This document shows, piece by piece, positions 1-13,060 of a stretch of 64,000 nt of DNA. The translations under genes were made by a program, and so were the position numbers. The DNA comes from the human T2T-CHM13v2.0 reference genome, Homo sapiens: the NCBI RefSeq assembly GCF_009914755.1, contig NC_060929.1; one strand, 5' to 3'. The first letter of the stretch is position 1. Each line of letters opens with the position of its first letter. The notes beneath the pieces were generated by a model. That model was not told the DNA's origin. It saw nothing but the letters and a program-made list of their open reading frames with translations, and made no database searches.

Positions 1-289
1 AAAATAATCTTTCTCTTTTCACTTTGGCCATCTGGAAATTTGCCACCAATTTATGGTTCAACTGTATAATTGCATGTAACATTTATAATCTGCTTTCATG
101 AATTTTTATCCTTGTATTCCTCCCACTCTGATTCAATTTTATATTATAACTGGTCCTTGTGTCTCATTTTATTTTATCTCTACTTTTTTAATGTCCGGGA
201 TTTCCTATATGTCACCCCAAATACTGAGTCACTGTGTAAATAAGTAAATATATATCTACTCTATATCTATAAGTAGTGTGATATATGAG

Positions 290-319
290 ATATATATATA
301 TATATATATACACACACAC
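290..319. repeat. (AT)n(AC)n microsatellite
   Basis: Seen directly in the sequence. Confidence 0.9.
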
Positions 320-479
320 TGAATCACTTTGTAAATAAGTAGAATTGCCCTGACTCCATCACTAAGTATTCAAAAGTCAGTTATTTCTTTTAGAGCTTTA
401 GTATTCTCACTTGTAAAATAAAGAATGAACTAGATTGCCCTTGAGAACTTTTTAGACCCAAATTCTAGGATTAAAAACA

Positions 480-1520
480 ACATAGGACTTCCAGTTTCCA
501 TTTGGAGCCTAGAAAGCTGGAAAGAGCATCACTTTCACCTCTGAAACAACAATAAAGCTGGGAAAACTGCAAGCTTATGACTTTTCTTGAATCTGCCAGA
601 GAACTGAAGTGGAAAGACAACCAAATAGCCAGAAATGTAAGCAGAGATAGATGCTTGCTAGGAAAAAAGGAACATGAGCACTTGCTTACATAAGGTTGAC
701 TCATGAATGCCATAAGAATAACTGGGCTAGATAGTTAATAAGTTGGTAGAGGCTGAGTGTGGGCTGGCAAGAGAAAGTGAAGCCCCAGATGGCCTTAGAT
801 ATATGGAGATTTTATACCCTCTTGCAGGCTCTTTTATCACAGTCCCACCAGGCAGTTTCTCCTACCCTTCCCTACTGCAAAAAAAAAAAAAAAAAGTCCT
901 GAGAAAGCATCCTTCATAGTGCAGGCTTAGAGAACGAAAGCAACAGTGAAAGGGACACAAAACTCCACCTGAATGCTTCTTCCTATTTCCCCAACTGGAA
1001 ATATTTTGATTTTTGACAAATATGCCATGGTTATATAGGATGTTAACCTTAGGGAAAACTAAATGGATGGTATATAGGAATTCTTTGTACTATATTTGCA
1101 ACTTTTCTGTATATCTAAAATTATGCCAGGCCAGGTGCAATGGTTCACACTAGTAATCCCAACACTTCGGAAGGCTGAGGCACTCAGGAGGATCACTTGA
1201 GGCCAGGAATTCAAGACTATCCCGGACAACATAATGAGTCGTCATCTCTGCAAAAAATGGAAAAATTGGCTGAGAAATGGTGGCATGCACCTGTAGTGCC
1301 AGCTACTTGAGAGACTGAAACAGGAGAATCACTCGAGCCCAAGAGTTCACAGCTACGATGAGCTGTGATCATGCCACTTGCACTTCAGCCTGGGCAACAT
1401 ACTGAGACCCTGTCTCTTTAAAACAAAAAAAGAAAAAAGAAAAATAATAAATTTTAAATTTAAAAAAATTGTAAATAACAATTTACAAGTAAAATTATTT
1501 CAAATGCAAAGTTTAAAAAA
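480..1520 (+). mobile_element. Old L1M fragments, interrupted by an Alu
   Basis: 1010-1128 resembles an L1MC/L1ME 3' end (GGATGTTAAC...CTTTGTACTATATTTGCAACTTTTCTGTA..TCTAAAATTAT) and resumes near 1490. The 480-1000 part is only weakly L1M-like. Confidence 0.5.
1129..1445 (+). mobile_element. AluJ-like
   Basis: Diverged dimeric Alu with J-type GGAGGATCACTTGAGGCCAGG and an A-rich tail. Confidence 0.9.
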
Positions 1521-1864
1521 ATAGGCAGCAACTGTAGCCCCACCCGCTTTTCGGGTAGCATTCCTTTGAAGTAGAGATAGTTCCCTCATTTGGCAGATTA
1601 GAATTCTTTTCTTATTAAAATAATTTTATATAGTTAGAAAATCCTGAAAGTCTTCTCCATCCATCTCTTCCCTACTCTACCCCATTGTTGGCATGAGCAT
1701 CTTTTCTTTCAGTGCTTAACCTTGTTATGGTTTTTATCCCATTATATGAGACTTATCTACATACTTATCTTTCTTTCAGAATCCTCAGTGCTTGGCCCAT
1801 GGTAGGCATTCAGTGGTATTTATTGTAATAAACCTGGTCTTCTTTAATTGTCACTTGTCTTGAT

Positions 1865-2700
1865 GAATGGCACCATTCTAGTATAAACCAGAAACCTAGG
1901 AATCATTTTTATTTCATTTCTTCCTTACTCTCTACCAAGTTCTACTATATATTTTTTGCCTCATAAATATGTCACCAATCTATCTGTTTCTGTCTCCTCT
2001 ATAGCCCAACTCCAAGCGACCGTCTCTTTTACTTGGGATATTACATTATACTCCTAACTTGAATCCTGACTCTTTTCTCACCTTCGCCCACTTTCAGCCT
2101 ACTATTGTGCATTGTACAATTGTAGCCAGGGTAGTCTTCAAAAATATAAACCTGATTTTGCCTTTCTGCCTGTTTAAATAACTTTCTATTGTTTTTAGGA
2201 TAAAACCCAACTTTACATAGGTATGTGGCCCTTACTGGCCTAGCCTCAATTTTCCCCTTTAACTTACATGTAAACCCCACTCGTCTAGCCAGCCCACTGG
2301 TCTTCTTTAAGACCCTCAGCAGCATAAACTCTCTTATAACTCCAGGACTTTACATACATCACTTCTTCAGTCAGGAACATTCTCTTCTGTTTCTCCCAAC
2401 CTTCCCCTTTCACCGTTATTTCCTGCTTACCCCTCAGCTCTCTGCTTAAATTTCATCTCCTCATGGAAGCCCTCCCTGATCTCCCAGGCTAGGTTATGTT
2501 ATCTTTTTCTATACTTTCACAGCACCCTCTACTTTTCCATTATAGCAACTCGCACAGTTTGTAATAATGTTTGTGTGATTATTAAATTAATATCTGTCTC
2601 TTTCACTAGAACTGTAACTTCCATGAGGATAGGGATCATGTTTGATTTTGTCCATTCCAGCATCTGGCACAGTACTCAACACATATTGGAATATTTATCA
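1865..2700 (+). mobile_element. L2 3' region
   Basis: CT-rich L2-like body (CCAGAAACCTAGGAATCAT, GGAAGCCCTCCCTGAT, CTAGAACTGTAACTTCCATGAGG) ending in an L2-type terminus. Confidence 0.7.
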
Positions 2701-3653
2701 AGCTCACATTAATCAAATTCAGTTCAATGTTTATTAAAGGAATAAAAGAATAAGCTATACTGTGCTAAGTGATGGAGCTGGAACTACAACTGAGTACATA
2801 TACCCAACACTAGATTAGCCACCTCTTCTGTTAGCAGAGTTTGGGCTATAAAGAGCAGATATCATGTCATACTCCAGTTTATAAAACCTCACCCCAAGTC
2901 CTTTTGATGCTCAGTCTTTTTCTGTTTGAGAACAGGTCCTGCCAAACTTAAGAATCCCTGAGTACAGGGATGGGAGTGGGCTGAGAGATTTGTACAAGGC
3001 ACAATGGAGCATTTTGCAGTAATGGAAACTTTTATTGTGGTGGTAGTTACACATCCATATGCATTTGTCAAAACTCATAAACCTCTATGCTTTTGAGAAG
3101 GTTGAATTAAAAAATTCCTATTTTGAGGTAGACATCTGCTTTGTATCCAAGGACCTCTTCATCCTACTCTTACATTACTGTGAAGGGTAGATCCATGTGT
3201 CATGAAGACATGAAAAGCTATTCCAAGTCCAGAATATTCCACACTACCTGTGTCTTACTCCCACCCTTTAATCTAATCAAGTTTTATGAAAATTGAATGA
3301 ATTAATGAAAAGCAGAAACTATCTTTGGCTGTTTGATCATATCAGGACAGCTCTGAGGCCATTCTGTTCCCATGATAGGCTGTACTTACTCATCTCTACC
3401 TGATTCTTCCTCACAACATTCATTTAAGAAACATTTGCAGAATCCCTAAAAATGTTTCTTTTTTCCTTTCCCTACTCTTTACTAAAAATAAATGTGTCAG
3501 AGAGGACCTTTCACTATAACATGATTTCCTAAATCCAGGCCAAGATAAGATCTCTTTCTCAGTGGAAACAAAGTATACTCAGACTTACAAGTTCAATTGA
3601 GTTAGTATTTAAAGTTGGTTTATTAAGGATGGGAAGTTAAAAATGTAAAGATA

Positions 3654-4013
<360 letters not shown>

Positions 4014-5770
4014 CTAAACTGGAGAATTGGTTAAATTAATTAAGAGGAGGCTGAAATCACAGTGCTTATTTGACGGGAGTGTCTATTCTGACTTTTGCTA
4101 CTGCCAACATTCAACTAAGTCACTCAATTTTTTTATGATTGCATCCTTATTCAAGAGTTCATTTTAAACATTATGGTTGATGACCTAACGCTGAATAATA
4201 CCTGTAGCACAGAATACCTGGCATATCCATCTTGGGTTTTATATACTTTCATTTTTTGGTTAACTCTTTGTTTTCTTTTATACCTATTTAGTATGTCATA
4301 TAAAATGCGTAATTTGCATGCCTTCAAAGTAAAATCAAGACTAAGAAATTCAAACTTATTGGTGAAATACCAGCAGATACAGATTGCTTGAAATATACAA
4401 GGTCCTATCATTAGTTTCAAATCTTTTTCATATGCTGTATTGGAAATAGAGGTGTTAAATTTCTACCTGTTACGGGCATGAGTTTACTTTTGGTTTTTAA
4501 TGATAATAGAGCTTCCATTTTTTTGTCTTCTGTGCTCTATATTTTTAGTAGAATGTTTGTGGAGCCCCTCTCTCAAGATGATAGGTGATTCTTAAAAGTA
4601 AGACTGGTCTCTTTTTCATAGAATTTTCTGCCAAAATGTAGTTTCAAATATTTAAACAGTAATTGAAGAAAAAAATATTGTTAGAGTACAACTATACAGC
4701 TCTAGATCCCTAACTGGATGTTCAGTAAATAAATGCTCTTGTTAGACAGTGAGGCCTTGGAACCCAGGCTATTATTGCTGTTGGTGATACAGTCTGAACC
4801 AAGTGTTCTGCCCTATCCTTTATAGATAAGATTTTATACCCATCACAAATATTAATTATTGCAAATTTGCTTTTTCAGTTATAATTCAAGTTTGGGATAT
4901 ATTCAAGCATGGTCTTCTCATCTTAGTAAATTGCCAGTAGTAAGATGGCTAGTTGTGAATGCTATCTGTCCAAAACATGACTTTTTTTCCTTAGAAGAAG
5001 AAGCCTGTCTCTGTATTTGTTAGCATTCAATAAGGAATGAAGTATAGACTGTCTCAAAGGCCTACCATGTACCAGTATGCTGGATACTTTATTTACTTTG
5101 GTCATTATAACAACTACATAAAGCAAGTATCATACCAGTTTTAGGGATGAGGAAATGAAACCTCAGAATAAATGACTGTCAATAATAGCTAATGAATTAT
5201 AGACCAGTGTTTCAGACCTTGAGCTCTTAAGTACAGAGGCACATGAAAATTGAATTATAGGCATTTACATTATTTTTCTAGGCATAAGTAATAAAGACCT
5301 GGTTTCTTAAAAGATTAATAAACAGTTTGTTTTTTATTTTTAAAATCTATTTTATCCATTGCAGTATTTTGTACCTAAAATTAATGATTGTCACAAATCA
5401 CCTGCTCTTATCTGGTAAGCTAGTGGGATAAACAGCTCCATGATCACTCACTGTTGTGTAGCACAGCTAGTCCAGATTTGATACCTCCACAAAATAATCC
5501 ACTGTGGGAAAACAGAGTTCCAAATGGAAGTTTTTGTTCCTAAAGGATGACAGAACAAAGGAATTTTCCACTTAATAATTCTTGTATGTGTTGCTATGAA
5601 ACACTATTGAATAACATCATGGAATCAGAATACTTGAACTGGAAGAGATCATATAATATATAGTCTAGTAGTTTTTCTGTTTGCTCCGTGGTTGGGGCAG
5701 GGAGGGGAGGAGGAGGAGCTTGGCAAGTTATCTTCTCCTTCCGTGAAACAGAGCACTTTAAAGTGCTTAC

Positions 5771-5813
5771 TTTCTTTATCACTTACTTTCTCATATTGGC
5801 CTTCCAGGTAAGC
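5771..5813 (+). promoter_or_regulatory. Candidate recursive splice site (pyrimidine tract + CAG|GTAAGC)
   Basis: TTTCTTTATCACTTACTTTCTCATATTGGCCTTCCAG|GTAAGC; AG at 5806-5807 is followed directly by a strong donor. Motif evidence only. Confidence 0.35.
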
Positions 5814-5878
5814 CCTTATTTAAAGAAATGGTTCCACATCTTTAAAAAAATTTTTTTCACCATTTCCTGATTTTACAG

Positions 5879-5937
5879 ATGGCAGTTTAAGGCCTAGAGA
5901 TACGAATTACCTTTCCAAGGTCATTCCACTTGCTGGA
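5879..5937 (+). other. Candidate cryptic poison exon from an antisense MIR
   Basis: Acceptor TTTTTTTCACCATTTCCTGATTTTACAG|, donor GGA|GTAGGT. Reads ATG GCA GTT TAA in phase 0. Confidence 0.3.
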
Positions 5938-5959
5938 GTAGGTCTCTCAGTGTTGTAGT

Positions 5960-6800
5960 TTATTCATTTCTTCGGTAAACATCTATTGAATATCTGCTGT
6001 ATCCCAGTCCCTATGCTTAGAGCTCACAGATGAGTGGAAGAGACAGATGGATGAACAAATAATTGACAGCACAGAATGACAATGGAAATGTATGAAGTTC
6101 CATATGAAAGAGGTCAAGAGAAGCATCCTAAGAGAAATTATATTTGAACGAGGTCTTAAAGATGGAGATGATTTTGCCAGGTTGAAAAGGAGAGGATAAT
6201 TATTCTCAGCTGAGGGAACAGTAGACAGAAAGCCATGCGAGTATTACAGAGCATGACATGATTAGTCCCTGTCAGAGGGACTGGGGGTGTAAAATACTGG
6301 GAAGATAAAACAGCAATTAGGGGAAGGGTTATTACTATAGTTGGGAAGGGCCAGAACAGGAAAGATCCTCCACAGCAAGCTAAGGAAGGAAGGTTTTACC
6401 CTGTAAGAAATAGGCTGCCGTCTGGGCGTGGTGGCTCATACCTGTAATTTCAACACTTCGGGAGGCCAAAGCAGGTGAATCACTTGAGCGCAGGTGTTTG
6501 AGACCAGCCTGGGCAACATGATGAAACCCTGTCTCTACCAAAAATACAAAAAATTAGCTAGGAATGGTGGTGTGCACTACTCCCAGTTACTCAGGAGGCC
6601 GAGGTGAGGTAAGAGGATCGCTTGAGCCCAGGAGGTGGAGGTTACAGTGAACCAAAATCATGCCGCTGCCCTTACAGCCTGGGTGACAGAGCAAGACCCT
6701 ATCTCAAAAAAAAAGAAAGAAAGAAAAAGAAATAAGGTAAGAAATAGGGTGCCATTGAATATTTTTAACTAGGTAAGAGATGTGATTGATCATTTATTTA
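5960..6800 (-). mobile_element. L2 fragment, interrupted by an Alu
   Basis: TTCATTTCTTCGGTAAACATCTATTGAATATCTGCTGT start and a purine-rich antisense L2 body. Confidence 0.6.
6420..6735 (+). mobile_element. AluJ-like
   Basis: Dimeric Alu flanked by the near-identical target-site duplication GTAAGAAATAGG(C/G)TGCC. Confidence 0.92.
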
Positions 6801-8659
6801 TTTCAAAAAAAGAATTATTCTGGTGGCAGTGGCCTAGTCCTAGAGGGAAAAAAATACAAACTGCAGGTTGCCCTTCAGCCATCTTGCCTCTTTCACTTAT
6901 TGATGGCTGCGAATGGTGCCCCCATTGCCTTCCCCAATGGCAATAAGTGTTCATTATGTCTTGTTTTGTTAAAGGTGTTTTGTCCTTTATGGTCTCTGCC
7001 TGCCACAACAGCATAGATCAGATTTGGAGGACCTTTTAAAACTGAGTGTTTGACTATCTGTGAAATCCCTTTTTGTGTTTTCTTCACTTGAAATGACATT
7101 ATGACTTACTGTGAGACAGGATAATTTGTAGTTTCTTTTGTCATGATCTTCTTTGGATGTCATAGACCATGGAGCGCTCTGCATTGGTTCAGAGGAACTG
7201 AGAATGGGAAGGACACAAGATTTTTATATTACTATTTCTCTTGAGTATTCTCGCTTGTGATGGATTTTGGCTCCAGGCATAAAGATATATGGAGAAGCAG
7301 CCTGTTGGGAGAGAATTTTATATTTCGCTTGGCTATTTTGTGACTAAATACAGTGTTAAATTATTTGTGTGATGCTTGCATGATATTAAATTGAAAGAGC
7401 TATTGTTTTATCAAAAAGTGCTTTAGCATATACTATGAAGGCTAGATATTAAATACCAGGGCTTCTGTATATAAAGAAAAGTCAAGCCAGATTTCTTATC
7501 TTAAATTACTTTAGTAAGTAAGCTTAGCAGTGGTTCCTAAGAAACCTAAAGCTCTCTTTCTCATCAAAAGCCCCAAACAGTTGGTCTTTGGGGGCCATTT
7601 TTCTTGACATTATGCTCCAGACTCAATCAGAATTCTGGGTAAGCTAGTATCTTAGCATTCTCTGTCTCCAAACCTTAGATCACCTGTGCTTTAAAATAAA
7701 ATCTGTATTACACTTTCTCCTAAGCAAGATTTGTCTTTTTTTTTAAATGAAATACAGAAGAGAAGCAGAAACTTTTCTTTAGTATAAATTCTTAGAAACA
7801 ATGCATATTCTAAAGGCCATAGGAGTAGACTTGCCCTTACTTCGTTCCAAGGTTCCTCTGCTCCCTGGTCCTCCATACTTTTATCAACAGCTGTTTTGGA
7901 GATTTCTGAATGTTTTGATACTAGCAAAAATAATGAAATATTTTTATCAGCGCAATAGAGAAAGATTGCATAACAAGCGAGAACCAATTACACAACTTCA
8001 AGAAGGCTCAAACCAAAAGTTGCTCATAACAGTAATGAAATTGTTAATTGAAATAGGCCCAAAGTATATGTCATGTCTCGTCTCCTGGAAGCCGCATAAT
8101 GGGATCCATATTTCATTCCCAAAAAATAGTGTTTCTATGAAGTCGTGTAGTGGATTAACTCTTCTTTAAAAACTAATCCCCCCAAAAGTAAGGGAAAACA
8201 TATTACTTTAATTAATAATGTGGGTTTTTAGATACTCAAAGGATAACATCTTAGAGGAAACTCCATATTGTGTGTAATAGGCCCCAGGAAGAAGAAAAAA
8301 CATTTGTTAATCACCTGTAATAGGCAATCTCAAACATTTTACATAAATTTTTTCTATTCCTTGCAACAATCCCATAAAATTCTACTTCTAACATTGGTAA
8401 GGAAACACAGCCAAGGAGGAATGCCTTCTTTTCCTTCTTTTTTACCTTAAGCCTTGGGCATTGGGGTGAGGTGACCAAATAATATCCTCTAAGGTAACAA
8501 ATAAGGATAAAGACCTAATTTATCTTCTATGCGTATAAGAGTTGAAGGAAGACATGGATGATAAGCAGTGTGCCCAAAAATCTCGGAGCATATTGAAAAG
8601 TGGATAAGGCTTTCTTTGTAGAAAGGGCAGAACAAGAAAATGTAATTATCAAGAGGAGG

Positions 8660-8865
8660 AATGCTGTTTATTGTGTGACTTCTACGTGCCAGTATTCTGC
8701 TAGGTGTTTCACACATGTAATCATTTTAAGCTTCACAACAATCATGTAGGGTAAATGCACTTTTCTTCATTTCACAGAGGAGACCTTAGGGGTCAACATA
8801 GTTAAGTAACTTTTTCAAAGTCATACAGTTGGTAATTGTTGGGACAGAAATTAAACTCAGGTTCT
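8660..8865 (-). mobile_element. MIR
   Basis: Antisense MIR core (CATTTCACAGAGGAG...GTTAAGTAACTT...AAAGTCATACAG). Confidence 0.6.
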
Positions 8866-9174
8866 GCAGGTAATATCCTCTAAGACCAAAAAAAAACGGT
8901 ATGTAATGTGTTGTATATTTTTCTGGGAGAGGGTAAATATCTTTGATCATATTCACAAAGAAGTTCTTAACCCCCCAAAATAGAACAACTTCTATATTAT
9001 GCCATCTTAAGATAAGCAGTACAGAGCAGGGAACTTGGAGCTATGTGAGCTCAGTCTTTATATCCCCCTTAACTTCTACCCAGGTAATAGTAGCAAGTTA
9101 AACCAGAAAATATATACATATATCCTTCATAATCCTTTAGGGCTAAGAAGTCTACTTTTTATTTTGTTGGAGAA

Positions 9175-9370
9175 GAGGTATAGTGTGCTAGGTGAATGTA
9201 CAGTTGCTAGAGTTGAATTGCTTAAATTTAAATTCTAACTCTACCACTTATTCTCTTACATCAAATTGTACTATCACAGTTTCCTCATTTATAAAAGTAG
9301 AATAGTAATAGTACTATCTTATGGTATATGTGAGCGTTAAATTAGTAAATATGTGTAAATTACTTAGTGC
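9175..9370 (+). mobile_element. MIR
   Basis: CAGTTTCCTCATTTATAAAA..GAATAGTAATAGTAC core. Confidence 0.65.
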
Positions 9371-9374
9371 AGAC

Positions 9375-9556
9375 AGCAGTTTCCAAAGGACATTTGATGA
9401 TATTTAAAGATATTTTTGGTTGTCACAATTTGGGAGAGGGGTGCCACTGTCATCTAGTGATAGAATCCAGGTGCATTTTGCAGTGCACAAGACAGCCCCA
9501 CAACAAAGAATTATCTGACCTTCAGTGTCAGTAGTATTGAAGTTGAGAAGCCCCTG
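9375..9556. mobile_element. MER20 (hAT-Charlie)
   Basis: TTTTTGGTTGTCACAA...CAGTGCACAAGACAGCCCCACAACAAAGAATTATCTG...GTTGAGAAGCCCTG. Confidence 0.8.
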
Positions 9557-9614
9557 GTTAGCACAATGAGTGGCATATACATTTTTATAAACATTTGCTA
9601 TTATTTTGTGCTGA

Positions 9615-10052
<438 letters not shown>

Positions 10053-10102
10053 ATAATCATCTTTTCTAAGCAGCTAAAGAAAGGTAAAATTTTTAATCTC
10101 AG

Positions 10103-10744
10103 GTGGGGGGGTCAGCCCCCCGCCCGGCCAGCCGCCCCGTCCGGGACGTGAGGGGTGCCTCTGCCCGGCCGCCCTTACTGGGAAGTGAGGAGCCCCTCTG
10201 CCCGGCCACCACCCCGTCTGGGAGGTGTGCCCAACAGCTCATTGAGAACGGGCCATGATGACAATGGCGGTTTTGTGGAATAGAAAGGCGGGAAAGGTGG
10301 GCAAAAGATTGAGAAATCGGATGGTTGCCGTGTCTGTGTAGAAAGAAGTAGACATGGGAGACTTTTCATTTTGTTCTGCACTAAGAAAAATTCTTCTGCC
10401 TTGGGATCCTGTTGATCTGTGACCTTACCCCCAACCCTGTGCTCTCTGAAACATGTGCTGTGTCCACTCAGGGTTAAATGGATTAAGGGCGGTGCAAGAT
10501 GTGCTTTGTTAAACAGATGCTTGAAGGCAGCATGCTCGTTAAGAGTCATCACCAATCCCTAATCTCAAGTAATCAGGACACAAACACTGCGGAAGGCCGC
10601 AGGTTCCTCTGCCTAGGAAAACCAGAGACCTTTGTTCACTTGTTTGTCTGCTGACCTTCCCTCCACTATTGTCCCATGACCCTGCCAAATCCCCCTCTGT
10701 GAGAAACACCCAAGAATTATCAATAAAAAAATAAATTTAAAAAA
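10103..10744 (+). mobile_element. 5'-truncated SVA (young, SVA_E/F-like)
   Basis: VNTR remnant GGGGGGGTCAGCCCCCCGCCCGGCCAGCCGCCCCGTCCGGGA, complete SINE-R, AATAAA plus A-tail, and a perfect 17-bp TSD AAAATTTTTAATCTCAG at 10086-10102 and 10745-10761. Confidence 0.96.
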
Positions 10745-10938
10745 AAAATTTTTAATCTCAGATATTAAATGACTTTAATTAATAGAACCTCAATATTATA
10801 TGGAAAACCCCATTTAAAGTACGAATTTTTGATAGTATAAATGAATATGAAACCACATTTGATGCTATCAGATACTTGTAAATAGTGTATAGTTTAATCC
10901 TGTCTAGTATTGAGGTACTTGTCTATATATCTGTATTG

Positions 10939-10968
<30 letters not shown>
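10939..10968. repeat. (AT)n(AG)n microsatellite
   Basis: Seen directly in the sequence. Confidence 0.9.
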
Positions 10969-10969
<1 letters not shown>

Positions 10970-10997
10970 ACATTTCATGATCATATATATAAAGTAA

Positions 10998-11300
10998 TTG
11001 GTTAAGAGTATGGGCTTTGACATTATTCTGACTTGGGTTTAAGTCCCAGCCCTGTCACGTACAGATATGTGACTCAATAGACACATAACTTCTCTGGGTC
11101 TCAATTTCTTTTGTGGTAAATTGTGATGTTAATGTGATTGGTGTGATATTAATGTGATTTCTTCAGTGGTAAAATTGTGATATTAATGTCTACCTGCTTC
11201 ATAGACTTACCATGTTGATTAAATGAGATAAAGTATATAAAGTGCTTAGCATAGTGCTTGCCCATAATGAGCACTCAGTAAACGATAGCTGTTCATATTA
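10998..11300 (+). mobile_element. MIR with an internal short tandem expansion
   Basis: GGTTAAGAGTATGGGCTTTG...TTAAATGAGATAAAGTATATAAAGTGCTTAGCATAGTGC; TGTGAT(A/G)TTAATGT occurs three times at 11122-11189. Confidence 0.75.
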
Positions 11301-12879
11301 TCGTCATCATCCCTGTCCCTGAAACTTCAGTACAAGTGATGTGGTAAAAACTAGAATAGTCAACCAAGAGGCTGATTGCTGGTAAAGTAAACCTAACCAT
11401 AGGTTCTGTAGCTACCACGTACAAGCTATCTAACTTTACCTACTGTCTTCACCCATTCTATAAAATCACCTCAACTTCCCTGGCCACTGTACAAAGGCCC
11501 CTTTCCTCATTTGATATCTACCAACATCCACTGTTAGCATCCCTAACCTCTTTTGGAGATACCATGGATCTTTTTTACTGTTCCATTTTTTACTGAGCTC
11601 TGAGCTATGCTCATTTTTCATGTGTCCACTGAAGTCCACATAGTTATATATATTTTCTCCCCAAAATCCCATATCACACAAATAAAAATATCTAAACAGG
11701 AGAACTGTTTCCTATCTTGGGTTCTCTCAACACATGACTGTTAATTTTATTCTTTTCACTTACCGTATTTCACTTACTGTATCAGCCTCCTTCTAAATTA
11801 TATCATAATCTCCCTTAAGTCCCTAGATTAGTTTGTTCAGAGGCAAAACAAAAGTGAAAGATTTTGTGAGAAATGCATAGTTTCATTACACATCTGGTAA
11901 AGACACGCTATGATTGCTTTCTTACAGTGTCCAGAAGCTAATTTATGGTACTTTCTTTGTTTATTGTACTTGAGCAATATAGAGTATACTCTGCAGACAT
12001 GGTTTACACTTTGAATTAGTTTGCATCTATCTATATTAATGTGTTTTGTAAGCCAGGCCTTAATATCTCTTTATTGTGCTCTTTTGAAAATAATTCTCTT
12101 AAATCTATGGAACGTGTCTTACTTGTGAAGAAAGACACATTTTTCCACCTTTCTAAGATTAAAATAGTGAGAGAAACCTCAAAGAAGAGGAAATCCTATT
12201 TTAAAATAACAGCGATCTCCTCTGTAGACTCTTGGTTTGCAGGTTGTTAGTCTTCATCCTCTGTGTCAATTTAATGTATCACGTAAGTACTAGTGAACAG
12301 ATGTGGGGGTAGGGGGAGGCAAGCAGAGTGTTGAAGCAGGAACCAGCAGCATTGGCAAACTGGCAAATGCTTCTGTTTTGCTAAACACCTGCTTTTCTTG
12401 TATTCAGATTGTCTGAACCATCTGTTTTTATATTCTGTTTACCTACTGTCAGCCATTTTGGAGTTGTTAAAATCTTTGAAAGTAGTTGGGAATTTTTCAC
12501 AGTAAGCTGGGAATCTATACCACTCTTTAAAAACTTTGTGTTTTTAGGGTATTCCCATTTAATCCTCCAGAGAATAATTACTTTTTAATTTAGGTGCAAT
12601 GTGTTAAATATTATATAATTAAAATGTTTTTCTCCCTTCCCAATTACTTATTCTTAGAAATCAAAGTTTAAATTGTCTAAATAGGTACTTGGCCATAGTG
12701 TGATAACACTAATAACAGATTCGTAATGATAGAATGTAAATATTAATTTATATGTCCCCTCTCATTAAAAAAAGAAAGAAAAAAGCATTACACAATTTGA
12801 TGAAAGGTACTAATTTTTTATAAGCTTACCTACTAGATGATATGCAAGTGATATTCTCAATAAAAATATATAGTATTTA

Positions 12880-13060
12880 TAAATACCTTTTTGCACCAGA
12901 TACTATGCTAGGCATTTTGTCCACATTATCACAACTCTTCTCTACAGCCTTGCAAGGTAGATATTATTGTCCTCATTTTATAGATGAAGAAAATGATTCT
13001 TTAAGAAGTTGAGGAAATTGTTCATGCTCACATTTGTGACTGGAGATTTGAACTCTGGTT
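12880..13060 (-). mobile_element. MIR
   Basis: CCTTGCAAGGTAGATATTATTGTCCTCATTTTATAGATGAAGAAA. Confidence 0.7.

Noticed and set aside
7691-8169. Overlapping 98-aa and 122-aa ORFs
   Set aside because: No homology or exon structure; lengths are compatible with chance in intronic DNA.
10175-10555. 126-aa minus-strand ORF
   Set aside because: Antisense translation of the SVA SINE-R region, a common spurious ORF.
11111-11190. Three spaced copies of TGTGATATTAATGT, superficially array-like
   Set aside because: A local slippage duplication inside a MIR, with irregular spacing in a eukaryotic context; not CRISPR. Similar micro-duplications occur near 11755-11781 and 51656-51691.
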